A DNA stretch of 64,000 nucleotides from Macrostomum lignano (lineage: Eukaryota), in contig NIVC01000907.1 of assembly GCA_002269645.1 (NCBI GenBank), forward strand, positions 1-64,000. Reading direction: 5' to 3'. Within the stretch, counting starts at the first letter, position 1. The number at the start of each line of letters is the position of its first letter. The position numbers and the translations under genes are program-made. Under the pieces are notes generated by a model that saw nothing but the letters and a program-made list of their open reading frames with translations, searched no databases and was not told the origin of the DNA. Shown here one piece after another: positions 1-11,340 of this stretch.

Positions 1-253
1 ATAGCTTGATAGCTTGATAGCTTGATAGCTTGATAGCTTGATAGCTGATAGCTTGATAGCTTGATAGCTTGATAGCTTGATAGCTTGATAGCTTGATAGC
101 TGATAGCTTGATAGCTGATAGCTTGATAGCTTGATAGCTTGATAGCTTGATAGCTTGATAGCTTGATAGCTTGATAGCTTGATAGCTTGATAGCTTGATA
201 GCTTGATAGCTTGATAGCTTGATAACTTGATAGCTTGATAGCTTGATAGCTTG
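1..253. repeat. 8-bp tandem repeat (GATAGCTT)n, runs off the window start
   Basis: About 30 near-perfect GATAGCTT units with occasional single-base deletions. Confidence 0.97.
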
Positions 254-764
254 AAGCTGGATCAAAAAAGCTTGAAGCGCCAGCAAAACTCAGCGCGCCC
301 CAATGTCACGCGTGCGATTCGGCCCAACCAAATAATATTTATTTGCTTTCATTTGAAAAACAACCCAACTAGAATCCGAGAGACAGGTTTCATCGGTCAA
401 GACGCGAACTTTCATGCAGTAATGACAAACTATGAAGATGTCGTAGACAGCCAATGACTACTACTAGCAGTAGTACGAGCTAAAAGTTTTTAAAATTTTT
501 AAAACTTTAAAAGTAAAAAAAGTTTTCTCGACCAACCAAATTCAGTTAGCGGTTGAGCTGCACCTGCGGCTAGATACTCGTACATCCCCGCGTCCATGTG
601 AAGTTTCGGCCTCAAGCCCCAAATATTTAACGCACAGAGAGAGCGCGAGAGTCACTCCGACAGAGTTTTGCAGTCGACAGTGACGAATGACAGTGATGCC
701 ATTCACTCATTCGGTATATTTCGGCGAAGCTGAAGTGAAAACAACAAGAAATCTGTGAGCATAT

Positions 765-3084
765 ATGGCTTGTAGAAGCAGCCATGCTTTCTTCACTAAA
801 ACTATCTTCAGAATTTTGCCAATCAGCTTTGTACTGTCTGCATTGATGACGTCATCCAGACTGAGTTCGCGTGTCGGCGCAGTTCAGGTGCCAACTTTTT
901 CACTGAGTGAGTCTGAATTCAAAGGTAAGAGGAGTTGTGTGTAACGTTAATTATCTGATAGTTCAATGTTTCCAGCTACTGCTGCAATTTTAATGACCGA
1001 CCATCCCCAGACTTGCCGCCCTACTGCAAGCTGAGCACTGGCTTTTTCCCGTGCGTCGATATCGACACCGGCGCGATCACCTGCCTTTCCGTGGCATTGC
1101 GCTGCAAAATCCACTGCGCCAACGATGCGCTGCTCAACTGTCTGCACTCACGTGAGCTTTCGAGTAGTTTTCTTTCTTTAACTGAAGGATTCGTCGCTTC
1201 TCATCGCTAACTGCTTCACCTTTCTGGCATCGAATCTACAGGGAGGAACTGCTCCGCGGGATTATTCCAGTGCGAGAGTCGCCCCGACCGACCTCCTCAG
1301 CAGTCGATCTGTCTGGCCGACCATCTTCTCTGCGACGGCAGGCTCCACTGCCCACTGGGCGATGACGAATCCCCGCAGCTGTGCCAGTATCGGGCGCCTT
1401 GTCCACCAGGCCTCTTTGCCTGCCGATCGCCTGGCCACTGCTTGCCCGCGACGCGGCGCTGCGACGGCTTCTACGATTGCCGACGGCCGGGTCTGGACGA
1501 TCGCTCGGATGAGACCGACTGCCCACCGGCGAACCTGTCTCTGCTAACAGCTCGGCCGAATGCTCCAGCCTTGAGCATCTTTGCGACGGTTTCGCTGACT
1601 GCGCTGATGGCTCAGACGAGCGAGACTGTCCGGACGCCTTCAATGACGATGACAGCAGCATAATTAAGACTGCAAAGCCAACGAAACAGCCTGAGTCGAC
1701 TACAGTATCTGATCGCAAAAGTACAGCTGAAGAGCAGCCCAATTCAGCAGCTCGAATTGCTGTGGCCACGATCGACAGAACATCTGGACAACAGTCTCTG
1801 TATCTCATTGCCTCACCAAACGGAAAAAATCTCTCTATTAGCACTAAACGGTCCTCCAATTTTACCGGGACGATGCTAGCCATCGACGAATCCACGGGTC
1901 GAGCCTTTCTGTTCGATGAGCGCTTGGGCCACTTGAGAAGCATCAGTTGGCTCATAGCCTCCGAAAAACTCAGCTTTACCCAGGAGGTCCTGAATGTCAA
2001 CCTTGGCAACGGACTCGAAATCTTTGAATCTGCTTATGACTCTACGCGCCGACTTCTGTTCTACACCTCAGCAATCGACGAATCCGTGGGGGTCATTGCG
2101 GTCGATGCGGGCTGGCGGGCCACCCTGCGGTTGCTCGACTGTCCGCGCGGTCTGCTGGTTCATCCGGAGGCCGCCTTTCTATTTTTAGCCCTCTCCTGCG
2201 GCCCTTCACCTGGAATTTATCGGCTGAGCATGGATGGTCGCGAGTTGCGACTGCTGCTGGGTTCCGAGCTGGTTGGGAGGCCGGTCCGCTTTGTCTTCGA
2301 TTCAATCAGGCGGCCTCATCGCCTCTACTGGACCGACGCCGGACGGATGGGGGTTTTCAGCATCCGCCTGGAAGACGGTGGCGACGTGAGGCAGCATTTC
2401 GCCTGGCCGGACAGACATCCGGGCATTGAAACCGCTCGCCTCGTTGTCGAAGACAGCGGGTTGTACCTGGCGGCGATTGCAGCTGATGCTGTCTGGTCCG
2501 TACGCAAGCTTCCAACTTCGTCAGGCCCCACCGACATTAGTAGCCTCTCTTTTGTCGAATTTCCTGGACTGGTGGTGACAATGTTCGCCGCAGTGTCATT
2601 TAACATGACTGAAGAGTCAGACAGATCAGCGCCACTGGCCTCGTGCGCGTGCGATCAGATCTGCCTGCCAGTGTGGCACAACAGCAGCGGAGCGGAGTGT
2701 CTGTGCGATTGGCGGCATCGGCTGGTGCAACTGCCAGATTCGCAGCAGACCCGGTGCCAGGCGGGAACTGCAACGGCTGTGGCTGCCACACAAGCACCAA
2801 CTGCAGAATACACGGTCAAGGAACAACAAAGCATTGCAAAAGAAACAATTGTTACACTGGCTCCGACAGAAGACGCTGATGGAGCTTGGACTACTCAAGC
2901 AGCAATGGACAAGCAATGGATGCTTCCAAGCCTGTGCCTAATTTTTGTGCTGATTTTTCCAGCTTCCATCCGTCTGTGCTGTCTTTTCTGGCGCTACAGA
3001 AGACAGTCAGTGAAACTGGATGACGGCAGCGAGCTGGAGGAGCTGAAGAGTGTGCCAACTGACACCACCATTGTTTATGTTTGA
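765..3084 (+). CDS. LDL-receptor-family type I membrane protein (signal, 4 LDLa-like repeats, S/T linker, YWTD propeller, EGF, TM, short tail); frame lesion near 1520-1560
   Basis: Exons 765-924 (MACRSS... hydrophobic leader; donor gtaag), 1011-1151 (6-Cys degenerate LDLa; donor gtgag) and 1242-3084. Exon 3 reads CSAGLFQC...CDGRLHCPLGDDE, CPPGLFAC...CDGFYDC...DRSDETDC, then in another frame LCDGFADCADGSDERDC, continuous with ORF 1762-3084 (LYWTD; CACDQICLP...CLC...C; TM WMLPSLCLIFVLIFPASIRLCCLFW; ends TTIVYV*). Confidence 0.8.
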
Positions 3085-4732
3085 ATCGGTGAGTTTAGTT
3101 TATAAATTATTCTGGGCGAAAAATTACTAGCTCAGCTTTGTGCGAAATTTCTAATTGAATAAGCATTCGTTTGGCGCAGCGATCGAGCTCCCACCAGTGA
3201 AGTACCAAGCCGCTTTCTCAACAAGTGGCTCACCATGTTCTTTCAGAATTGAAAATTAGCATAACACGCAGCACGCACTCTAAACCAGTTAAACCAGTGT
3301 GAAACATTAGCTGAAATGACGCAAGCTAGTCAGTAGCTGGAATAGACAAACTGCTAGCAAAAGAAATGGCTGGCTGGCAGACCCTCAACACACCCACTCA
3401 GATCACCTGACTACTTACGGAGCAAACAAACAGATTCAAATACCCCACAGAAATGAAGAAATGCTCCAGAGAAGAAAAACACAAATGGGGGATGAGTTAA
3501 GAGAATTCGCAGAGAAACCGAGGCTGAAGACAGGCGACGGAATACACAAGACGATGGGCTTAAAAAAGTAATAAAAGGCTGGTGGTACCACAAGGATTGC
3601 TTGCCTGGGGCATAAGCTGACAATGAGGCGGCAGCAAGCTGCGTGAAAGACAGGCTGGCTCTATACTGTAGTCCATAGTCTCGCCCCCATTCCGCAAGCA
3701 TATGAGATTGGACTAGCTTACTAAAGTGCCGCTAGGCTCAGCTAGCAAGTAACCTCAGCACACTACATCGTTACCACTTCAGCGTACTGGCTTGATGAGG
3801 CCACCTGCAGCAGTCGGACGGCTAACCATCCATTGACGTCATTGAAGTACGAGTCTGAAGTAGGCATAGCCATTGTACTACTGCCTCTTCTCTCGGTTCT
3901 CATTGCGGGCCCCAGTTCGGGCAGCTATTTTCTCGCGTGATTCGTTGTCGAATACTAAAGAGCTTTTTTTCATCACAAGAACCTCTTCTTAAAGTTCTTT
4001 TTTGATGCAGTTGAGCCAATTTGAGACCCACCTGTGTGAGCCGGTGCTTTGCAATAGCAAGCGTAAAATCAATGCTCCACGACCTCTGGTTCGATTCAGT
4101 GCGCGTTCCCATTCCTGTAGGGCATGGAAATTGGCCGGGGTTGTCAAGGGAGGCACACACATGAGGGCCAGCCCCAATGCACAGAGTGTGCATGCAATGT
4201 CTGACAGTAAGAAGTCAGGGCCTCTGTACAGCCTGTGTGAGTGTGTGTAGGAGTGTGTGCTGTGTATGCCTGCGCGCAGTATCCGTGCGCTTGCATGTGC
4301 TGGATTCCTGCTGATTGTGGTATCCACAACCCTTGACTCTCGACGGTGGTTTCAACCTGCGTTGGCTTAAACTTCTCTCTAGATAATGACTTTTACAGCT
4401 ATAAGTAACGTAACCTTACGACTACCTTATGAAAATCCTAGCTTTCGCCGAATGGAGTTCGCCATCGCTTCCAAATCATCTCGATTCAGTCATACTTTCA
4501 CGACATGGTGAATGTCCTACTTGCACTCGTCTGTGCAAACCTTGGCGTATATTCGATTTATTTTTGGAATAAATATCAGCATGAATTTCCAGTGCAATCC
4601 AGTGAATCAGCAATCATTTTTCGCCATAGACATTTTTCCTTCATACCCAGTGAGTTTGACGGTTGTCCAAATATCTGTAAACTTCAGTATTCTGTTATTT
4701 TTAATCGCTGTGCACTGTAAATAGATTTTTTT

Positions 4733-5421
4733 CATTATCATATAGTCTAGCCAACAAGTGAGTCAAAATAATGGAGATTTTACCATAGACAAATGACATC
4801 AGGGTGCAAGAATGCAACAACAAAAACTTTATATTTTACGAAAAGCAAGCGTAGCAAATAGTTGAACATTTTTTAACGAGCTCTTTGTCTAGTAGTCAGC
4901 GCTCTAGTAGTAACTCGAAAACTCAGTAACTCACTCAGTACTCATCAGTACTCACTGATCACCGAATTTGAAGTTGCAATTGCTGAAACTACCACTCAGA
5001 TGAATATGTAGCTCCGGTCGAACACTATCGGCCGAAAATGCTTGACCGTCAACCTTGACATTTTGGACCCTCCAACATCCGGAATTGATTCCGAGTCTTC
5101 ACCCTCCACCAAGGGAATCAGATTGAACAGTTCTTCCAGAGTAGGTAGGAGCGGCTCATCATCGAACATCGTCCGCTCGATCAACGAATTTCTGTCCATG
5201 AGCTCTACATGCTTCTCGATTTCCGCCGTAGTCAAGCCGGTTATGCAATTGTCAGGGAATTGAGACACATGAATCGTGTTTTCAAATGAAAGCACACTGA
5301 GACGAACAAATATCGCGCTGTAGTGGAGAGAAAGATATTCCTTGCCTCCCTCAACCCTGTTCTTTGCAAATTGCCATAGACAAAAATGAATAGCCACTGT
5401 TGGCTAGACTATATGATAATG
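4733..5421. mobile_element. 689-bp unit bounded by perfect 24-bp inverted repeats (putative non-autonomous TIR element)
   Basis: CATTATCATATAGTCTAGCCAACA at 4733-4756 and its exact reverse complement at 5398-5421; no TSD found. Confidence 0.5.
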
Positions 5422-5931
5422 TGATAGAAGCACGGCTTGCGCGTGCAACAACGCCATAGACACTCGTGCGCGTATCTTTCCATTCAACATTCTACCTCTA
5501 CTAGCCAACTATCGCTGTTCAAATATACCAAACTGTTCCGCGAGACCATTGCCATTAGTTTCAGAAAAACTTTAGCCACGAGAACTCAAAGCCTAGAACT
5601 TCTAAGATCAAACTTGCGACGAAAATCTGTCGACTAATAATCTTTTACTACTCATATCAGTAGCGAATGCAAACTGCGACAGAATCTTCATTTGACTTGG
5701 AAAAAAAGCATTCAACAATAGCGAGAATCATCTCGCTTTTGAATTCTCTGTATCAAATGTTCCAGTTAATACGTAGAAGCACTGCAGAAGGCAATGGCTA
5801 CAAAAATAGATTTCCCAAGACAGCTCTGCACTGTTTGCCATAGCAATAGCAATACGGAATCAGCGGACGCGCTGAACATGGGAAGGCATTTTCTGTCAAT
5901 CCCGATCCAAGTTGGGAAACTGAGCCAGATG

Positions 5932-6175
5932 CTAAAAATAGCCCTGGGTAGTCAGGCGGCAATTGTACGTGGCGCATTTTTGGGCACAGGGCTGGCGACG
6001 GTCGATATCGGTTGCTATTGGATACGGACAGAGAGGGCAGAGAGGGCAGTGCTTTCTCAGCGTACACTCCCAACTGGGGGTGGCTTGCCAATGGCGAAGT
6101 TATCTAAAAATAGCTCGGTGACACACTCTCGCCAGCATAAATAGCGCTCAGGCCAGTGTGGGACTTGGTCAGACT
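5932..6175 (+). promoter_or_regulatory. jun promoter: two MEF2 sites, CCAAT, AP-1/ATF-like site, TATA-like box
   Basis: CTAAAAATAG at 5932-5941 and 6104-6113, CCAAT 6088-6092, TGACACA 6119-6125, CATAAATA from 6136, Inr-like TCAGAC ~6169; ATG at 6253. Confidence 0.6.
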
Positions 6176-6252
6176 AACCGAAGCACTTGTGAACAGCGCA
6201 GCTGCAACCGCTTTGCCTGTGAAATATTCGCTCTCTCAAGAATCCTACCAGA

Positions 6253-6976
6253 ATGCACAGCCTGAAGTGCTCCATGACGCTGCCTCTGCAGCCGTCGCAG
6301 CCGCAGCAGCAGTCGGCAAGCGCCGCAACTCCCGACCTGCTAGCCAGCCTTGGCTTTCTGTCGCCAACTGGCGGACTGTCGATGGCCGCCTCCACGGCCG
6401 AGCTGCTGCTCACCCCCACCAGCTTCCTGAATCCGAGTTTCGTCACCGAGGAGCAGAGGGACTTTGTCACGTAAGCGAGAGCTAGCATAATTTGTCTCTG
6501 AGGCGTGAATGTCCGAGATGCTTATCAATCAATTTTGTATACTATTTTATTCGAACTGTTATTTAAGGAACTTTGACGAGAAGCTGCAGCACCTGATGTC
6601 CTCCGAGGTGATGCTACCGACCGCCGGCGCTGACCAGGAGCTGGAGGAACCCGCCGAAACCGACGACGCTGACGAAGACTGGATGGCCGACTCATCGGAC
6701 AAGCAGCTCCAGCTGAGTTCGATGGCAACCCAGGCCAGCTGCTCCACAGGCGCGGGCACCTCGCGGCTGGAGCGAAAACGACGTCGCAATCGCGACGCCG
6801 CGCGCCGGTGCCGCGAGCGCAAACTCGAGCGACTGCGCTGCCTGGACGAGCGCGCCGGGGAGCTGCGCAAGCGGAACGGCGAGCTCGGCCGACTGGCCGC
6901 TCGGCTGCGCACTGAGCTGGACGCGCTGAGGCGGCAGGGCTGCCACTGCAGCGGCTGGACCGGCTTGCTGCAGTAG
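6253..6976 (+). CDS. jun: Jun-family AP-1 bZIP transcription factor, 2 exons, 208 aa
   Basis: Exons 6253-6470 and 6568-6976 (intron gtaagc...ttaag, 97 nt). LKCSMTLPL resembles the c-Jun delta domain LKQSMTLNL; LTPTSFLNPSFVTEEQRDFVTNF resembles [24 protein letters not shown]; bZIP ERKRRRNRDAARRCRERKLERL plus 5 leucine heptads. AATAAA at 7161. Confidence 0.93.
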
Positions 6977-7663
6977 CTCAGCGGAGCTGCATTTCTAAAG
7001 ACTGCCAGCCGCAACCATCGAGAGGCATCTTCTGCAGCCCCTGGTCTGCATGTACAAAGTTAACTTGTGCCGCGTGAATGCTAGCTAGAAATACTACATG
7101 TAATCTGCATAATTAGTGAAAACTTGCGTGCTATAGCTTTGTAATAGGTGCAGTACTATCAATAAATAGTACAGTTAGAGTGCGCAAGCAATTCACTAAT
7201 CAATCCAGTCCTCAAACTTTAGTTTCCTGTCTGATTAACATTAGCTATAGACGTATCTTGTGATAGAAACTCGCTGTCTGTTGCAGTGCTCTCTTCAGTA
7301 TTAAATATATTTGAATTTCAGCATCTGTATGACCTGCTCTTAGCCGCATAGATTTGTTAGTTGGACTTCGGACACAATATGCAGGTTTGTTGCAACAGTT
7401 GAATTCGGACTGTTCTTACTGCGTTTGTTAAAAACGACAGGAACGTTCAAATGAGCTGGAATTTCAGCCTCAGCTCCCTGCTCATCTGCTCTATTAAATG
7501 AAAAAAGTGCAAAACGATTCAACATGCTGAGAGAGACGTAAAAATATTAAAAAAATTACGCATCTTTCGTAAATATCGACACTAAACTGGAGAGGTCATG
7601 CGGGGTTTGTTTCGCTTTAAGGTGTGTAGCCCGATAGCGAACAGAAACAGCTTGAATTCAGAA

Positions 7664-8660
7664 TGCAGCAGCAGGTTGTGGATGCAGAAGGAAGCTGTGG
7701 ATGCAAGAGAAAGGTTGTGGATGCAGAAGGAAGCTGAGGATGCAGGAGGAATCTGTGGATGCAGAAGGAAGCTGAGGATGCAGGAGGAATCTGTAGATGC
7801 AGGAGGAAGCTGTGAATGCAGAAGGAATCTGTGGATGCAGGAGGAAGCTGTGGATGCAGGAGGAAGCTGAGGATGCAGGAGGAATCTGTGGATGCAGGAG
7901 GAAGCTGTGGATGCAGGAGGAAGCTGTGGATGCAGGAGGAAGCTGAGGATGCAGGAGGAAGATGTGGATGCAGAAGGAAGCTGTGGATGCAGAAGGATGC
8001 TGTGGATGCAGAAGGAAGCTGTGGATGCAGAAGGATGCTGTGTATGCATGAGGAAGCTGAGGATGCAGGAGGAAGATGTGGATGCAGAAGGAATCTGTGG
8101 ATGCAGGAGGAATCTGTAGATGCAGGAGGAAGCTTTGAATGCAGAAGGAATCTGTGGATGCAGGAGGAATCTGTGGATGCAGGAGGAATCTGTGGATGCA
8201 GGAGGAAGCTGTGGATGCAGAAGGAAGCTGTGGATGCAGGAGGAAGCTGAGGATGCAGGAGGAAGATGTGGATGCAGAAGGAAGCTGTGGATGCAGAAGG
8301 AAGCTGTGGATGCAGGAAGCTGTGGATGCAGAAGGATGCTGTGTATGCAGGAGGAAGTTTTGGATGCAGGAAGCTGAGGATGCAGGAGGAAGTTGTGAAT
8401 ACAGGAGGAAGCTGAAGATGCAGGAGGAAGCAGTGGATGCAGAAGGAAGCTGGGGATGCAGGACAGCATGTATAGATGTATAGATACAAGAGCTGTATCT
8501 CTTCATCTATATATGCTGTATAGATGCAAGATGCTGTATAGATGCAAGCAGGCTGTATAGATGCAAGAACAGGTTGTCGATGCAGAAGGAAGCTGTGGAT
8601 GCAGGAGGAAGCTGAGGATGCAGGAAGAAGCTGAGGATGCAGGAGGAAGCTGTGGATGCA
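7664..8660. repeat. 19-bp minisatellite (GGATGCAGRAGGAAGCTGT)n
   Basis: About 1 kb of 19-bp units, degenerating at the right end; explains all overlapping ORFs. Confidence 0.95.
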
Positions 8661-9005
8661 GGGGGAATTTGTGAATGCCGGAGAAAGCTGGTGGACGCTT
8701 CTTTTTGTAGCAGGTTGGGTGTACTGAACCTTTGAGAGCTTTGTCGCTTGCGTATTAAATTTAAGTAATTTATAGATGGCATGAACTTTAAACTTCAAAG
8801 TTTCAGAAGCCAATGCGTTTTACTGGCTGCTGTATCTATCAGTTATATTTAGAAGTCACGCGTGACAAGTTTAATGAAAATAGAAAATCGCAGAACGGGT
8901 ACTGTGCACAGAGTAGAAATTAAAGCTTAGCAGTTTCATTTTTTAGGAAAGATTATTAAACGCCGAAGCTCAGTGATTCGAGCTCATGCGGGACAAACAA
9001 AAGCC

Positions 9006-9858
9006 TCAGTAGCCAAGGCGTTCCTCAACAACTTGCTCGTTGCTGGAGGGCAGCTGGAATTCCGACACCGGCTTCAGAGTTCCAGTCTTGTCCTTGTAGC
9101 ACTCTCGGTGACTGTCCGACAGCTATGCAATTGAGTGAAAGAAGAAGCTCCATGTTTTATGAGCTTCAATGTTCCTAACCTGGAATAATTGACTGTAACC
9201 CAGAAAATAAACTCACTGCAGAGAAACGTTTGAGCTCTTGAGTACGATCGAAGTCCCGATTGTGAAGCTCATAGTGAGCCCTGTCCAGGTAGCGGTCCCG
9301 GGTTCGCGACCTGTTGCCGATGACGGTCTCAGGATTGTGCGAGTAAAATGTAGGGAACACGCCGCCACGGTCGGCATACGGCGTCTTGCTGCTGTTCAGC
9401 ACCTCCGAACGGTAGTCCTGGAAGTACTTCGCAGTGTGATTTCCGTAGGTTTCCCCGTAGTCAAACTTCATTGCGGGAACGTGGCCTCGGTATCTACGAG
9501 GAAAAATTTATTTGTGATTCGAATCAATGACTTCGCGAATTTTTACTGTACAAGTCAAGCGAAGACTGCAAAACTTAAAGGTGTAATGTGTGTATCATGC
9601 ATGTAAAATATGTGTGTCCAGATCAGACATGTTAGACAAGATAACAGATCTAGTAGAAAATCAAGATTTTTAAGCTTTACAAGTTTGTGAAACCTTGTAA
9701 ACTTTATTACAATGTTCTATATTTGTCTTCGTGTGCAGTATCTCTGGTTCAAATAAGACAAAAAGCAAAAGATGCGCGATTACTTACCCAGGCATAAATC
9801 GCGGATCAATGTACGTTGCATTGTTGGTCGTCACTAGAGTATTAGCAGCTTTCGACAT
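9006..9858 (-). CDS. CIMIP2C: Ciliary microtubule inner protein CIMIP2C / C2orf70 / FAM166C-like, 3 exons, ~154 aa
   Basis: Exons 9858-9788 (MSKAANTLVTTNNATYIDPRFMPG; gtaagt), 9493-9217 (YRGHVPAMKFDYGETYGNHTAKYFQDYR...GGVFPTFYSHNP...TRDRYL; gtgagt) and 9122-9006 (LSDSHRECYKDKTGTL...*). Matches recalled human C2orf70 motifs MPGYQGHVP, FGAPYGTTTLKYFQDHR, GGHFPT, YQDKTGT. Confidence 0.88.
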
Positions 9859-9966
9859 TTTTGGTGTAGTCTAATTGAGGCGACAAAATGTTTTGGGTAA
9901 TTAAATCAGATCTTTGGCAGAATTATTTCCCGAAATTCAAAATCAAATGTCTTGTTAAAAAACCAA

Positions 9967-9980
9967 ATTGCTACAGCAAC
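9967..9980 (-). promoter_or_regulatory. RFX X-box-like site upstream of the ciliary gene
   Basis: ATTGCTACAGCAAC (GTTGCTGTAGCAAT on minus), near-palindromic match to GTTGCYATRGCAAC, ~110 bp upstream of the ATG. Confidence 0.55.
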
Positions 9981-10917
9981 AGTATAAACTATCAATGACA
10001 CAAATGAAAGAATGATTATTACTTTGCAAAATATGTTGTTCTATGTTTAAAACAGACTTTTCTACTTTTTCTGACCTACAAAGTTTATTTATGAAGGAAA
10101 CTTTGTTTTATTTATCAGCTTTTTTAAACTACGCAAATCCAAGAAGAAACTTAGCAATTAGCGAACTTGCAATTAGAAGTCGCGAATATCTGTCGGGGAA
10201 CCCTCACATACCTAACAAGCTAATTAATTGGTATGTCAATGGTACTGAATGATACATCAGGCGAAATCTATTATTTAGCTTAGATAAACAAACTAACCAT
10301 CCTATCATCAACAATTCCAAGTTCCTTAGCTAAGAGTAAGCTAGAAACTAAAAACAGGGCTGATTCTAACAAATACAATCCGATGGCTACATCTACATGT
10401 GACTATATTAAGTATATTTTAATGTTTTTTGGAAAATTGTTTTCCCTATTGCCTATTGACAGACAAAAGAGTAATAGACAAAATGACTATGACTATACAC
10501 CAAAGCTAGGCCTAGTCTTTTATTTTGCTGCTAATAATATTTGAGCTAAACATTAAAAAAATTCTATTAGCATTCATGTCCCTACCAACTTGGCCAATCT
10601 AGCTAGTTTACAATGTGGCCAAAGTAGGTATCTTCTTAGATATCAACCAAGTGGCATTTTTGAAGATATATAAAAACAAAAAGAAATTAACAATATTCAA
10701 TAATAATAAATAAATAATACTTGAAAATAAAAAAGCAATAGATTAGATAAAAATGAGCAAAAAATAAATCAAACGTTTTATGTTTTTTAAACAATATTTT
10801 AATGTTTGTAGACAAAAACAAAAAAGGTTTAGATTGCATATAGAGGCATAGAGCAAAGCTATCTTAGGCAATCCTTCAGTTTACTTTACAATAACCTCTA
10901 TTTTGTTAGTTCTAGAC

Positions 10918-11340
10918 TAGAGGTTGGACGGGATTGAAATCTTCGGGTGGGATTTCAAATAAGACCGGGAATCGGGAATATCGGGATCGGGAATAATTTT
11001 TACTTGGGATCGGGATTAGGGAATTGGGATCAGGTCTTTTAGTGTATTGTAGCTTGTAGGTCCATATAAAGTTAAACAAAATTGAGCTAAAAATGTCAAG
11101 ATCAAAAAGTAGAATACAACAAAATTGATGCAAAGTTTTGTAACCAACAAATTAACAATATAATGAGTACAAGGTAAAACAAAATACATTCAAGTAATCA
11201 TTAATTCTATAAATTTTAATCAAAAGACCTGTTCCCGTTTCTCGTGTTTTTTAGGGTCGGGATTCTAGTCCCGCAGGAATCCAATTTTCCTTGGGATCCC
11301 GAGATTTCGGGATCGGGATCGGGATCCCGTCCGACATCTA
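10918..11340. mobile_element. hAT-type MITE, 423 bp
   Basis: Termini TAGAGGTTGGACGGGAT...ATCCCGTCCGACATCTA; perfect 8-bp TSD TTCTAGAC (10910-10917, 11341-11348); subterminal CGGGAT repeats. Confidence 0.9.

Noticed and set aside
3411-4330. Several 60-112 aa ORFs on both strands
   Set aside because: No recognisable motifs or splice structure; mutually overlapping.
7340-7525. Minus-strand ORF as a fourth CIMIP2C exon
   Set aside because: Exon 3 already ends in a stop at 9006-9008 with no good donor before it, and similarity to the human C-terminus is not convincing.
7582-8813. Multiple overlapping Cys/His-rich ORFs
   Set aside because: 19-bp unit is not a multiple of 3; artefacts of the minisatellite.
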